From NCBI GenBank assembly GCA_001600695.1, contig BCKQ01000003.1:122083-186082 (forward strand): DNA of 64,000 nucleotides, read 5' to 3'. The translations under genes were made by a program, and so were the position numbers. Under the pieces are notes generated by a model. The model searched no databases and was not told the origin of the DNA. It saw only the letters and a program-made list of their open reading frames with translations. This document shows, piece after piece, positions 12,801 through 23,461 of this stretch (the first letter of the stretch is position 1; each line of letters opens with the position of its first letter). This DNA comes from Ascoidea asiatica JCM 7603 (taxonomy: Eukaryota > Fungi > Ascomycota).

Positions 12801-14180
12801 TTTTAATAATTTGATTTCATTGCTACTTGATATTTCAATTATGATTATAATTTTATACATTCATTTTGTTTCAAAAGTTTCCGAACGAAGAAGAATCAAA
12901 ATAAACACCGGTCCCTTGAAACTGGTCTCGTGCAACAAAACTCAAAGCTTTAAGGGTCAATCACCCGGCCTTTTCCATTTGTTTCAGCTTTCCTCACGTT
13001 TCAGTTGTGGCAACTTTTAATGGAACTTTCAGTTCAGACCCGTAACTGAGACAGGTCCACTCCGGGGTCACTTCACATACACCACTGTTACAGCGCAAAA
13101 CCACATTGTTTGTTCGGAGAAACTATTGGGTCTGAAAAGCAGAGAGACAAAACAATTTTAGTTCCGGTGCTGCACCACAGAAACAAACAATCCACCTCAG
13201 TGCCGGACAGAGCCAGAGCCAGAGCCTCTTTCAATACTTGAAAACATGAATCTGGAGGGTAACAATGCATTGCCATGTTGCTACAATTACGAAAACATAC
13301 ACACACTGCATTCAAATGTAAGTTTACTATCTTGCTATGCTTTCTGACGGCTAGGTGGTTGTTAGCCGCATTTCCGAGTGGGTTGCGGAACAAGGATAGA
13401 AATAACCGCTGTGTGTGTCTGCAGAAACGGCAATAGCCACAAAAAGCGCAGTCTCGCCCGCAAAGCCCCTGAGCTTCCATTACAAAATGGAAGCTATCCC
13501 AAACGAAGGAAAAAGGCTTCTGGAAGCTCAGCGTCGATTCTCCCTCAAAATGGAAGCTTTTCCATGGAAATAAAGGGGTTTGGTGCTGCACGGCCGCCCT
13601 CTCTTCATCCAGAAAGCTGCAACCGCTGCATACCAGGGAAATCACTCTGCAAAGTTACAATTGTTAACTATACATACTGTATACTACTAGTACTCGTGCT
13701 CGTACTTGTTATTTACTTTGTTTTCCAGCTATAGTCATATTTTCAAAGAAATCTTTAAAATTTCCATTTTATTTTTCTACTTGTTGTTTCTTTTTAGAAT
13801 ACTGAAATTGGGTTCTGTGATTAATAAGAAAAAAACAAATTTCTTAGTTTCAACCCCAAATTATATAATATATATAGTTATATTAAAAGTATCAATTGCT
13901 GTTTTATTCTAATTGTTTTTTTTTTTTTCAAACTTTTTTTGCTGAAAATCATTATAATGTAACATTTGTAAAGTTCACTATTAATTTTTATTTCTCACGG
14001 ACTAATGCAAATACTTAATAAAACATATTGAATCGATATTTCAGCTTTTAATATTAATCATCATTATTATTATTATTATCATTATTATTATCATTATTAT
14101 TATTATTTTCATCATCATCATCATAATTGCTTATCTTTACGCTATATTTTAATATAAAATTACAATTAAATGAAATTCAT

Positions 14181-14322
14181 CAAAACTTATTTTCAAACTT
14201 AGTTAAACTTAATCAAACTTAGTGAAAATTAGTCAAACTTTTTTAAACTTTGCTAAACTTTGTTAAATTCTCTCAGACTTTTTTACACTTATTCAAACTT
14301 TCTCAGCTTAAAACTTAAACTT
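14181..14322. repeat. Degenerate 10-bp-period tandem array (NNNNAAACTT)
   Basis: About 13 consecutive units, e.g. tttcaaactt agttaaactt aatcaaactt ... ttttaaactt tgctaaactt. Confidence 0.75.
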
Positions 14323-14845
14323 ATTCATATAAATCAAAATTAAAATTTCAATATTTATAATATCCTTAATATTATATAACAATTAATTTTCTCAAGCCCC
14401 TTTTAATCAAAATCCTTTTTTAGTAATAATAATAAGAATAGCAATGATTATCACTATCATTCATCACATAAAAAACAAAAAACATCTCAAAATATGTAAC
14501 CATCTGTCTTACTATTCCTAATACTCTTATTAAGTTTTCCAATTAAACATTAAACTTGATGAGTTCATGAAAATTATTAACAATTTATCAATTTATCAAA
14601 TTTTCAGATTCCTTCTAGAAGCATAATCATTTCAAGTATTTTCATTTGGAAAAAAAGGCTGTTTAAATTTATACTAGCTTCATACCAATTTTATTAGATG
14701 TTACATTTTTTTTCCGTACCCCCCTTCCAATTCGAGCCAATTTACCAATATTTTTTTACACTACTAAACAACACCATTATAGACACTTTCATTTATTGGT
14801 AATGTTATTATTAGTAGAAAAATTGTTATAATAAAACAAATAATA

Positions 14846-14908
14846 TTTTTCATGTTTTTCATGTTTTTTATGTTTTTCATGTTTTTCATGTTTTTCATGT
14901 TTTTCATA
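14846..14908. repeat. 9-bp minisatellite (TTTTTCATG) x7
   Basis: Seven adjacent units, two carrying a single substitution. Confidence 0.9.
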
Positions 14909-16673
14909 CTTTATAACACACAAATTTTATTATTTACCTTTTTAAAACCCTTGCAAAATTATTAGTTGCGATTTTTAGAAAAAAATTTGTCACAGAAATA
15001 AAATTTTCTACAAAATAACGTAAATCAACTAACATCAAATTAAAAAAACAGGTGAAAATGTACTTTGATCGTCATCTTTTCTCACTTAAATTCTTTTTTC
15101 CATTTTATTTGATTACAGTACAACCAAAATTGCACTTTTGTTATCAATTTTATATAATCATTTTCCCCTCAAAAAGCCTTCAATTTTTTTAATATTTTTT
15201 CCATATTCAAAAAGATTATCAATTACTAACATCATTTCTATTAACAAATTGATTTTATAAATTATCTTGTCATATTTTTAGATAAATGGATGCAAAAATT
15301 TTAAGTTGTTGATGATAATTTTATTGAGTTGAAAGCAAAAATAATATCCGAAATCATAGTGGAATACTAATGTTGAGATCAAGTTATTTTATTTTTAAAA
15401 AATTATATCCCAATTTGATATATTAAAAAACATTCTAGAAACCAAAATAATAATTTATCTATAAAACTTAATTTTTTTGATCTTTTGGCTTTTACAAATA
15501 AATCATCACGCAACCAAAACAAATTATCATTTACATAATAAATATTTACTCAAAATCATTTGCATGGCTGGTTTCAAGTCTTCCCAAGAATCAAAGAAAA
15601 TTTTAACTTGTCCTTATTTTTTTTTTTCCTATTCATCACATTTTTCACAATGAAATAACTCTGGGTTTCACCAATGTGTTTTATTAAACAGTAACAGGTG
15701 CTCATATAGTTAATATAGTAGTTATGTTCGAAAAATACGTATCGTTAAATTCAAATCATTGAATTCAACAATCAGACCATTATAGATATATGACTTCATG
15801 TCGGAAACAACCAGAAACTCAACTATTACTCCCAATAATTCTTTTTTCTTATTTTTTTTTATAAACAATACCCTAATATTCCAAAATATAAGCACCTTTA
15901 CCCAATTAGAGAACTAAAATCAAATGAATATGACTAAATATATCCTCAATTAAGGCCTTTTTCAAAAAATGATTCTATCCATAAACCAGGTACATTTTCT
16001 TGTACTTGAACAATCTATTCACCCTGATCAATTACCGGAAATTTATATTTACCTTGGCGTACAAATTCTATTACAACATTGATACAATTTTTAAACCAAT
16101 TCTCAATATAATAATTATCTAATCAGAGGTCACAAATTCACAAAAAAATATATCTATGAGAATATTTTTAAAGAAGTTGGATCCGATATCTCAATAAAAA
16201 GGCAATAGAATAATCATTAAAAATCTCATAAAACTTTATTTCTTTGCAGTATGCTTAACCGCAGATATCCCATTCCTCAACCCTAAGAAAGCTGATTCAA
16301 TTTTCAGTGAAATAATGCTCAGAGTTTTTTAACTTTTAAAAAATATGCAAAAAAAAAAAGTGCAGAGATAAAACTCTATCTTTTGCTTTGATTCCTATCT
16401 TTAACTAACATCAATAATACTTATTTCAAATTTATGAGGGATTCTTGAAACTCAAATGCACTAAAGAAATAGTTTCAAAAAATTGAAAATAAAAGTATAT
16501 ATAGTATTCTCCATGTTAATGCATAATAAATTTTAGCTTGAAATTATTGTTTTGAATTTATTATTTTTAGTTAGTTTTTTTTAACGAGCATTAGATGTGA
16601 AACAGGTTGATATTGATCTAAAAATTACAAGGTCATTAATGAGGCAGACTATATACTGCTGGAAAAAGATTAA

Positions 16674-19487
16674 TTATTTATTTGATTTAACATTATTCAC
16701 TTTTTTAGCAAACCTCAAGGAATTCAATGTTTCACTGAAATTCTTCTCAGATGGAGATATATTAACAAACATTAAAGTCTTTGAGTTGCCTAACAATGAA
16801 TACTGTAGAAGATAGGTCAATTTCGAGTTTCTAAAAGGAATATGATTTCCATTTCCATGTGATATGGCATTCCCAGTATTCTTGTTATAATTATTGCTAG
16901 TATCATTGCTCTTATTATCAATTTTTTCATTGGAGTTACTTGCAATGTTTGTATTGCTCTTATTTTGACCCTGACTTAAGGCGTAAATAACATCGCCTAA
17001 ACAACTTAAACTTTTGTTTATATTTTGTGTCTCCTTTAATCTCTCACCAGTTGCTTGCGATTGTGATAATCTTTCAGAACCCGCTAGATCAATTAAATTC
17101 AATAATCCTTCAGTTTGCTCATTTGTATTAATATTTTTTCCAGAAATTTTAATTCTAAAAATACTATGAGATCTGGAAGATCTTTCATTAACATTTGTTG
17201 CTGCTGTCGCTCTATTTTTATTTGCTCTTGTTAAAATTTCGTTAACCATTTCTGGAGTTGATAAGGGAACTTCAGTTATATTTGTTATAATTGTTTTTTC
17301 TTTAGAAACATCATGCCTTATTTCATATCTAAGCTTACTATTAGAATTATTCGTGTTATTTGAATTTGAATTTGGAGCTAATAAGTCATGAATGTTTTCA
17401 TTATAAATTTCTAAAAACTCACCAGAGATTTTATAATTCCAATCTTTTTTATCGGCTGTTACTTCGAATATTTGATTAACAGCTCTTGGTATCATACCGT
17501 CATTTAATGAAGACATTGTAAAAGTTTTACCACTACCAGTTTGACCATAAGCGAATATACATACATTATAACCATATAAAGAACTTTGAACTAACTGAGA
17601 AATTTCATCAAATATTTCTGGATTTTTTGAAGTCATTCCAAACACTCTATCAAACTCAAATAAATGAGAATTTTGATTTGATTTTTGATTATTTGAAGAA
17701 AATTGATTGATTCGGTCTTTATTAATAGGATCTTTTATTAATAACTGCCTATTTTCAAGAGTGTCATCAGGAAATTCCATTTGAATTAAAGGATTAATAT
17801 TCTTGGAAGTACTATTACTGTCATTGCTTATTGAAGGTGGCCTAATTCTACAAAAGACTCTTATATTTCCTTTTAAATCTTGAAATTTATTATGTAAAAT
17901 TCTTCTTTGATTTTGTTTTGAAATTAATTGATTTTGTAAAATTGTTAAATTTTTGTCATTTGAAGTTAAATTTGTTTGTAGTGCACCAATTTCATCAATT
18001 AAATTATTTGAATTAATTTTCAAATTATTCAATTTACTAATTAGGTTGGATTTATTTGATTCATAATTTTCAATTGAATTGTTAATAATATTCAAATTAT
18101 TAATTAAATTTTTCTTATTTAAAATTTTTGAATTTAAATCATTACTTAAAAGTAATTTTTTTTCATCTAAATTTGATAAAATTTTATCATTTTTGATTAA
18201 AATTTGATTTAAATTTGATAAATTAGAATTTTTTTCATTAATTGATTTTTTTTTTTTAAATAAAAAGTTATCATTTAAATCTTTGAAAATTTGTATTAAA
18301 TTTGAATTGTTATTAGAAATTTTATCATTTAAATCATCTAGCTTTTTTTTTGAAATTAATTTCTGATTAACTAAATCAGATAATTTTTTTTTTTTGAAAT
18401 TATAAATATTTTGATTAAATTTTAAATCTAAATTTTTCAAATTTAATTCATAACTTTTTTTTAAATCATTTAAAGAATTAATTTTTTTAATATTAATTAA
18501 AAAATTTAAATTATTTCTTTTTTCATTTAGAATATTTGAATTATTATTTAAAGTATCATTTAATTTTAATAAATTAAATTCAATTGATTGATTTGAAGTT
18601 AAAATATTAAAATAATTTTTTTTTAAATTTGATAAAGCTAATAAATTTTTATTATAAGAAGCTATTAATAGTTCAAGATTTGATTTTTTTAAACAATTTA
18701 AGTCATTCAATGTTTTGGAATTAATACTATTATCATTGTTATCATTATTGTTATTAATATCGAAAGAAGCAGAAGAGGAAGATAATAAAGAATGTTTTAA
18801 AGGAATTGGAAGTGTAGAAGAAATTGAATTTCGATCATTATTTGAATTTGGATAATGTGAATATTTTGAAGAATGTGAAGAATTTGAAGAAGGAGGAGAA
18901 TTTATTCTACTTGAAGTTGGAGATTTAAATTTTGGAGATCTTAAACCTGAAGCATTTATATCATTTGATCTTTTTGTTGTTGAATATACAATTAAAGAAG
19001 TTCTTTGATTTTTTTGTTTAGTGGGAGTAGATAAAGTAGATATTGTTGAAGTTGCAGTATAAGACATTCTCTTGTTCGGTATTCTATTAATTCTATTAAT
19101 TTTATTATTTTGGGTATTTTGGGTATTTTGAATATTTTGAATATTTTGAGAATTGAAAGAAGATATAGGAATATTATTTATCGATGGATACTTTTTATTT
19201 ATATTTATATTTATATTCGGTATTTTTGAATCATTTCTAGAGATTAATGAAGAAGAAGAATATCGCAAATTTTGAAAAGTATTATTTTTAGTTATATTAT
19301 TTCTGATTGATAGTTTTTTCTTTGGCAGAATTGGAAGTGAGTTTTGAGGTTGTAAATTGTTAGTAGAGAGTGTAGAAAGTGATAACCTGGGCAATTTCGT
19401 TTTAACTTTGATATTATTGTTCTCTAGAGCTACAGTTGAAGGACTCTTTAGTCTTTTATTGTTTCTGTTCATGTTCTCATTGACCAT
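16674..19487 (-). CDS. KAR3: Kinesin-14 (C-terminal motor)
   Basis: Kinesin-14 neck (RRILHNKFQDLKGNIRVFCRIRP), P-loop GQTGSGKT, switch I NERSSRSH, switch II DLAGSE and HIPFRNSKLTYLLQ, preceded by a long coiled coil. Confidence 0.95.
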   Translation of the reverse strand: MVNENMNRNNKRLKSPSTVALENNNIKVKTKLPRLSLSTLSTNNLQPQNSLPILPKKKLSIRNNITKNNTFQNLRYSSSSLISRNDSKIPNINININKKYPSINNIPISSFNSQNIQNIQNTQNTQNNKINRINRIPNKRMSYTATSTISTLSTPTKQKNQRTSLIVYSTTKRSNDINASGLRSPKFKSPTSSRINSPPSSNSSHSSKYSHYPNSNNDRNSISSTLPIPLKHSLLSSSSASFDINNNNDNNDNSINSKTLNDLNCLKKSNLELLIASYNKNLLALSNLKKNYFNILTSNQSIEFNLLKLNDTLNNNSNILNEKRNNLNFLINIKKINSLNDLKKSYELNLKNLDLKFNQNIYNFKKKKLSDLVNQKLISKKKLDDLNDKISNNNSNLIQIFKDLNDNFLFKKKKSINEKNSNLSNLNQILIKNDKILSNLDEKKLLLSNDLNSKILNKKNLINNLNIINNSIENYESNKSNLISKLNNLKINSNNLIDEIGALQTNLTSNDKNLTILQNQLISKQNQRRILHNKFQDLKGNIRVFCRIRPPSISNDSNSTSKNINPLIQMEFPDDTLENRQLLIKDPINKDRINQFSSNNQKSNQNSHLFEFDRVFGMTSKNPEIFDEISQLVQSSLYGYNVCIFAYGQTGSGKTFTMSSLNDGMIPRAVNQIFEVTADKKDWNYKISGEFLEIYNENIHDLLAPNSNSNNTNNSNSKLRYEIRHDVSKEKTIITNITEVPLSTPEMVNEILTRANKNRATAATNVNERSSRSHSIFRIKISGKNINTNEQTEGLLNLIDLAGSERLSQSQATGERLKETQNINKSLSCLGDVIYALSQGQNKSNTNIASNSNEKIDNKSNDTSNNYNKNTGNAISHGNGNHIPFRNSKLTYLLQYSLLGNSKTLMFVNISPSEKNFSETLNSLRFAKKVNNVKSNK

Positions 19488-19881
19488 TAAAAAAAATTCA
19501 GATTGGAAGAAACCAAATTTGAAGGATTGAATAATGAAAAGTTGAATTGATACAAACAGAGAAGGAGGTTTCAGTTTTTCTAAATGAAGTGCCTAAATGT
19601 GATATGTTCCAATGTGAATGAATAAATGAAAAAGTCTATAAGTAAATAGACCTTTCTTTTTTCTTTTCTCTTCTCTTCTATTCTTCTATCTTTGTTTGTT
19701 CAATTGAATGAATGAATGAGTGAATAAATGATTGATTGATTGATTGATTAATTGATGATAGATTTACTGATATCTGAGGGCTTGAAGATTATCTGATTGA
19801 TTGTTTATTTCCAAGTTTTATTTATTTCCAGCCTTTTCAGGTTCTTTCTACTTCACTTTTTGATCTGTTTATTTTTGGAGG

Positions 19882-20255
19882 ACGCGGACGCGGAACGGAA
19901 AAAGCTGAAACAATGCACACAGACGCAGAAAGTAGCGGATCTGTGCAAGAGCGCAGTTACAAAAGCCAGAATACGTTATTACACAGGACCCGGAGTTTTG
20001 GCTTTTTATAAGGACATCCATGTTTTTGGTCTCAGAAAAAAACTTCCATATTTATGGTCTCACTTAGAAGTACCACGTTTTCGGCTTCAAAAATAAGATC
20101 CGTGGTTCTGGCTCGCAATTCTTCACCCAGCGAAATGAGTTTTAAATGAATTTTTCACGAGAAAACACAAAACAAAACAAAACAAAACAAATTTAAAGGC
20201 AATTTAAAGGAAAGTCAAAGGAAAACATCTCAGTTTTAAAGAATTGAAACAATGC
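19882..20255. promoter_or_regulatory. Candidate MCB-like and Ste12 PRE sites in the KAR3/RIM23 divergent promoter
   Basis: ACGCG at 19882 and 19888; TGAAACA at 19906-19912 and 20245-20251, both extended to TGAAACAATGC. Confidence 0.4.
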
Positions 20256-20374
20256 TCAAAGCATTGACAAAGGAAATATCACATACTTTGAAAAGGATTT
20301 AACTCATTGGAGAGCCTCAGTTATTGATATAGATAGAGATAGAGATAGAGAAGAGAGAAGAGAGAAGAAGGGCA

Positions 20375-21946
20375 ATGAATGTTTTGGATTTACTCCCTAG
20401 AGACACTGAATTCAATAATCCTTTTTTCAAAAATTCAATATTTTACTCAAACATTGTTTTACAAAGATCTTATTTGATAAATGAAACAAATGAACCAAAT
20501 AAGTATATTTCAATTCTAGAAGATTATATAAATCTTTTATTCACTTATATCCATGATGAATTTGGTTTCAAATTATCTGAAATTTCGGATCATCAAAATG
20601 AACTAATTTTAATTAATAATAATGATAATCTAATTAATATTAAAAATTCAAGTTTAACTATTCCTTGGATTGTAAATAGTATTTCTTATAACAATCATAA
20701 TAATAATAATAATAATTGGAATATGGTTGATGAGATTTATTATTCAATTCTATCTTTATCCCTATATTATTCTAAACTTTCAATAGATATTATAAATAAT
20801 CAATTATTTCAAGTTGATCAGAATGATAATAACTCCAATTCCAATTTTAATTCCAATTCCAATAATGATAACGATATTAATAATTTTGACATTGATAATA
20901 GATGGAAATTTATAATAAATAATTTTAAAAAATCTTTAAATTTTATAAAATTTTTAAAATTATATAAATTACATAATTTTAATAATGAAAAAAATAAATT
21001 AAAATTAATTGAAATTATTGAAATAATTTTAAAAATTAATTTACAATTTATAATTTTGATAAAAAATTTTAATAATTTAATTAAAATCTTAAATTTAAAT
21101 GATTTTCAATTTGGTATTTCAAATTTAAATATTATTCAAATTATATCAAATTATTTTAATAATAATTTAAATAAAAACAAATTACATTTATTTATAAAAT
21201 CTTCTTCATTTATTAAAGATAATTTGAAAATTCTATTAAATTTTGATATAAATTTTAATTTAAACTCAAGTTTAATTAAATTCATTCAAATTTTTAATGA
21301 TTTTTATTTAATTTTATTCTTATCAATTGAATATTATATAAATGATATAAACTTATCTTTATCAATATCTTTAATCAATTACTCTTTCAATTTATTGAAT
21401 AAGTTAAAAATTAATAATAACAATAATAATAATAGTAAAATAGATCATAAAAAAGAAAAAGAAAAAGAAAAAGAAAAAGATAAAGATAAAGATAAAGATA
21501 AAATTAATAAAAAGAAGAAATTATTTAATAAATTCAAACATTCAAAAAATAAAAATGAATTAATCTTAATAAATTCAAATAAAAATGATAAAAGTTTTAA
21601 TGAAAAAAATAAAGTTATTTTAAAATTTAATAAAAACTTTTATAAAAGTTTAATTGATCTAAATAATGAATTAATTTTCAAGAATTTTAAAATATTAATA
21701 ATTTTTTTAAATAATTTAAATATAAAATTCAATAAAGAAAATAATAATTTAAATTTTGAAAAAATTGAAGAAATTAATTCAATTCAATTTATTAATTTAA
21801 TACCAATAGGTAAAGAAGTTCCAATTTTAAATGATCTAGATTTCTTTATTCCACTAATTTATAAAAAGTCATCAACTAATAATTCCAATAGTAGTTCTGA
21901 TAATAATAGGAATGATAAATATTTAGGTAAAGGAACATATTATTGA
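20375..21946 (+). CDS. RIM23: PalC/Rim23-like pH-response regulator (degenerate Bro1-like domain)
   Basis: KFNKENNNLNFEKI and IPIGKEV segments plus the C-terminal YLGKGTYY di-aromatic tail typical of PalC. The rest of the protein is heavily Asn/Ile-biased. Confidence 0.6.
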   Translation: MNVLDLLPRDTEFNNPFFKNSIFYSNIVLQRSYLINETNEPNKYISILEDYINLLFTYIHDEFGFKLSEISDHQNELILINNNDNLINIKNSSLTIPWIVNSISYNNHNNNNNNWNMVDEIYYSILSLSLYYSKLSIDIINNQLFQVDQNDNNSNSNFNSNSNNDNDINNFDIDNRWKFIINNFKKSLNFIKFLKLYKLHNFNNEKNKLKLIEIIEIILKINLQFIILIKNFNNLIKILNLNDFQFGISNLNIIQIISNYFNNNLNKNKLHLFIKSSSFIKDNLKILLNFDINFNLNSSLIKFIQIFNDFYLILFLSIEYYINDINLSLSISLINYSFNLLNKLKINNNNNNNSKIDHKKEKEKEKEKDKDKDKDKINKKKKLFNKFKHSKNKNELILINSNKNDKSFNEKNKVILKFNKNFYKSLIDLNNELIFKNFKILIIFLNNLNIKFNKENNNLNFEKIEEINSIQFINLIPIGKEVPILNDLDFFIPLIYKKSSTNNSNSSSDNNRNDKYLGKGTYY

Positions 21947-22053
21947 AATTAGACCTTATGAAAAATATAAAGGATATAAAGGCTATATAAATTATATAAT
22001 AAATCAAATAAGTTGAATGAAATAATAATAAGTTGAATGAAATTTAAATATGA

Positions 22054-22821
22054 TTATAATTCATCATCAGAAGATTGAATATCATAATTCAAAAGTATAT
22101 CATCAGTATTTAATTTTTCAATTAAAGATGGTTTTGTAAAAGAACCATAGTTTTGTAAACAATTAAAATAAGATTTACCATTTATTGAACCATTGTTTTT
22201 ACCTAATGGTTTTAATAATTGAATTCCAATCCAAATTAAATCATTTGAATTTTTAATCTCAGGAATTGTTCCAATATATTTGATTATACCAATTTTATTT
22301 AAATCATTCTTAAAAATTATTTTATCATTAATTTTAAAATTTTTTGATAATTCATTATTTTTTAGAATTTCATTATTTAAATTATTATTATAATTATTAT
22401 CAAATCTACCTAAATTATTTTTAATTTTCCAATTTCTTACACTATTTGATTTATTTGCATAATTTTCTTCAGTATAATTATATTTATAATCTTCATCATT
22501 ATTTTCATTATAATTATTTAAATTATTTGTTTCTGAATTTGGATTTAAATCATTGACATGAATTCTTGATAATGGTATTATTAAATTTTTAAAATCTGAT
22601 AATAATATATTATCATCATTAATATCATTATTATTGTCATTTTTTAATTCTACTGGTTTACTTGAAGTTGTAGTTGGATATATTAATAATTGTTGATTAT
22701 CAGGAGAAACACCAGTTATCAGCTCTAATCTTCTTTTAAGATAATTTAAAGTCCAATTCAATGAAACTCTTCTTTCAGAAGAAGTTAACAAAGAAGTCAC
22801 AAAAATATTTATATCAGCCAT
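22054..22821 (-). CDS. ALF1: Tubulin-folding cofactor B (Ubl + CAP-Gly)
   Basis: N-terminal Ubl (SSERRV...LKRRLELITGV) and CAP-Gly (WIGIQL..PLGKNNGSINGKSYFNC..NYGSF). Confidence 0.93.
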   Translation of the reverse strand: MADINIFVTSLLTSSERRVSLNWTLNYLKRRLELITGVSPDNQQLLIYPTTTSSKPVELKNDNNNDINDDNILLSDFKNLIIPLSRIHVNDLNPNSETNNLNNYNENNDEDYKYNYTEENYANKSNSVRNWKIKNNLGRFDNNYNNNLNNEILKNNELSKNFKINDKIIFKNDLNKIGIIKYIGTIPEIKNSNDLIWIGIQLLKPLGKNNGSINGKSYFNCLQNYGSFTKPSLIEKLNTDDILLNYDIQSSDDEL

Positions 22822-23203
22822 TTCGGAAATAATTGAATTAAGTAGATAAATGATTGATTATAAGTTTCCAAAAAGAATGGTCTTTCTCTTCCTATTTATA
22901 TTGTTCTTATTTCTCATATCATCAGTTCTTTTTCTATTTTATATCTGCAGTTATCTTTATTTACCTTTGTTTTTTATACCTTTTTTTTATTTTGTATCCT
23001 ATTTTGTAACACTAAGCAAATGAAGGCCACCCGTTGATCTGGTCTCAGCCTGTGCCGGAAAACAAGGATTTGGCACGGAAACAAAAGCAAATCCGTATCT
23101 GCCACAACTATTTTTTTATCTCCCAATTGAACTTAAAACCAGCCACAGTAAGGATAGTGTTGATGGTTTATAGTTTACATTTTAAAACAAAGTTCGCCAT
23201 TCA

Positions 23204-23297
23204 TCCCCATTAGCTCAGTTGGTAGAGCGTTCGGCTTTTAGGGATTTGTTAATTTCGAGCAACCGAAATGTCTAGGGTTCGAGCCCCTAATGAGGAG
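23204..23297 (+). tRNA. tRNA-Lys(UUU) with 21-nt intron (23241-23261)
   Basis: A box TAGCTCAGTTGG, anticodon arm TTCGG-CT-TTT-A[intron]A-CCGAA, B box GGTTCGAGCC, downstream T run. Confidence 0.95.
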
Positions 23298-23461
23298 TGG
23301 TTTTTTTTTTAATATTTTTTTATATTTTTTTGTGATCTTGAGAAAGCTTTTCTTGAAGACTCTCTAAAGGAACAAAGATTACAAATGTAAATATAGCACT
23401 ATTAGTTTGAGAAATTAGATATAACTTTTTATAAAATGGTGTTACTATTTAGTTTTAATTG

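Noticed and set aside
13088-13734. Overlapping 185-aa and 118-aa ORFs
   Set aside because: They fall in a GC island where stops are rarer, have non-ATG starts, and show codon use unlike the real genes.
14846-14908. CRISPR-like or telomeric array
   Set aside because: It is a simple spacer-less minisatellite in a eukaryotic interstitial position.
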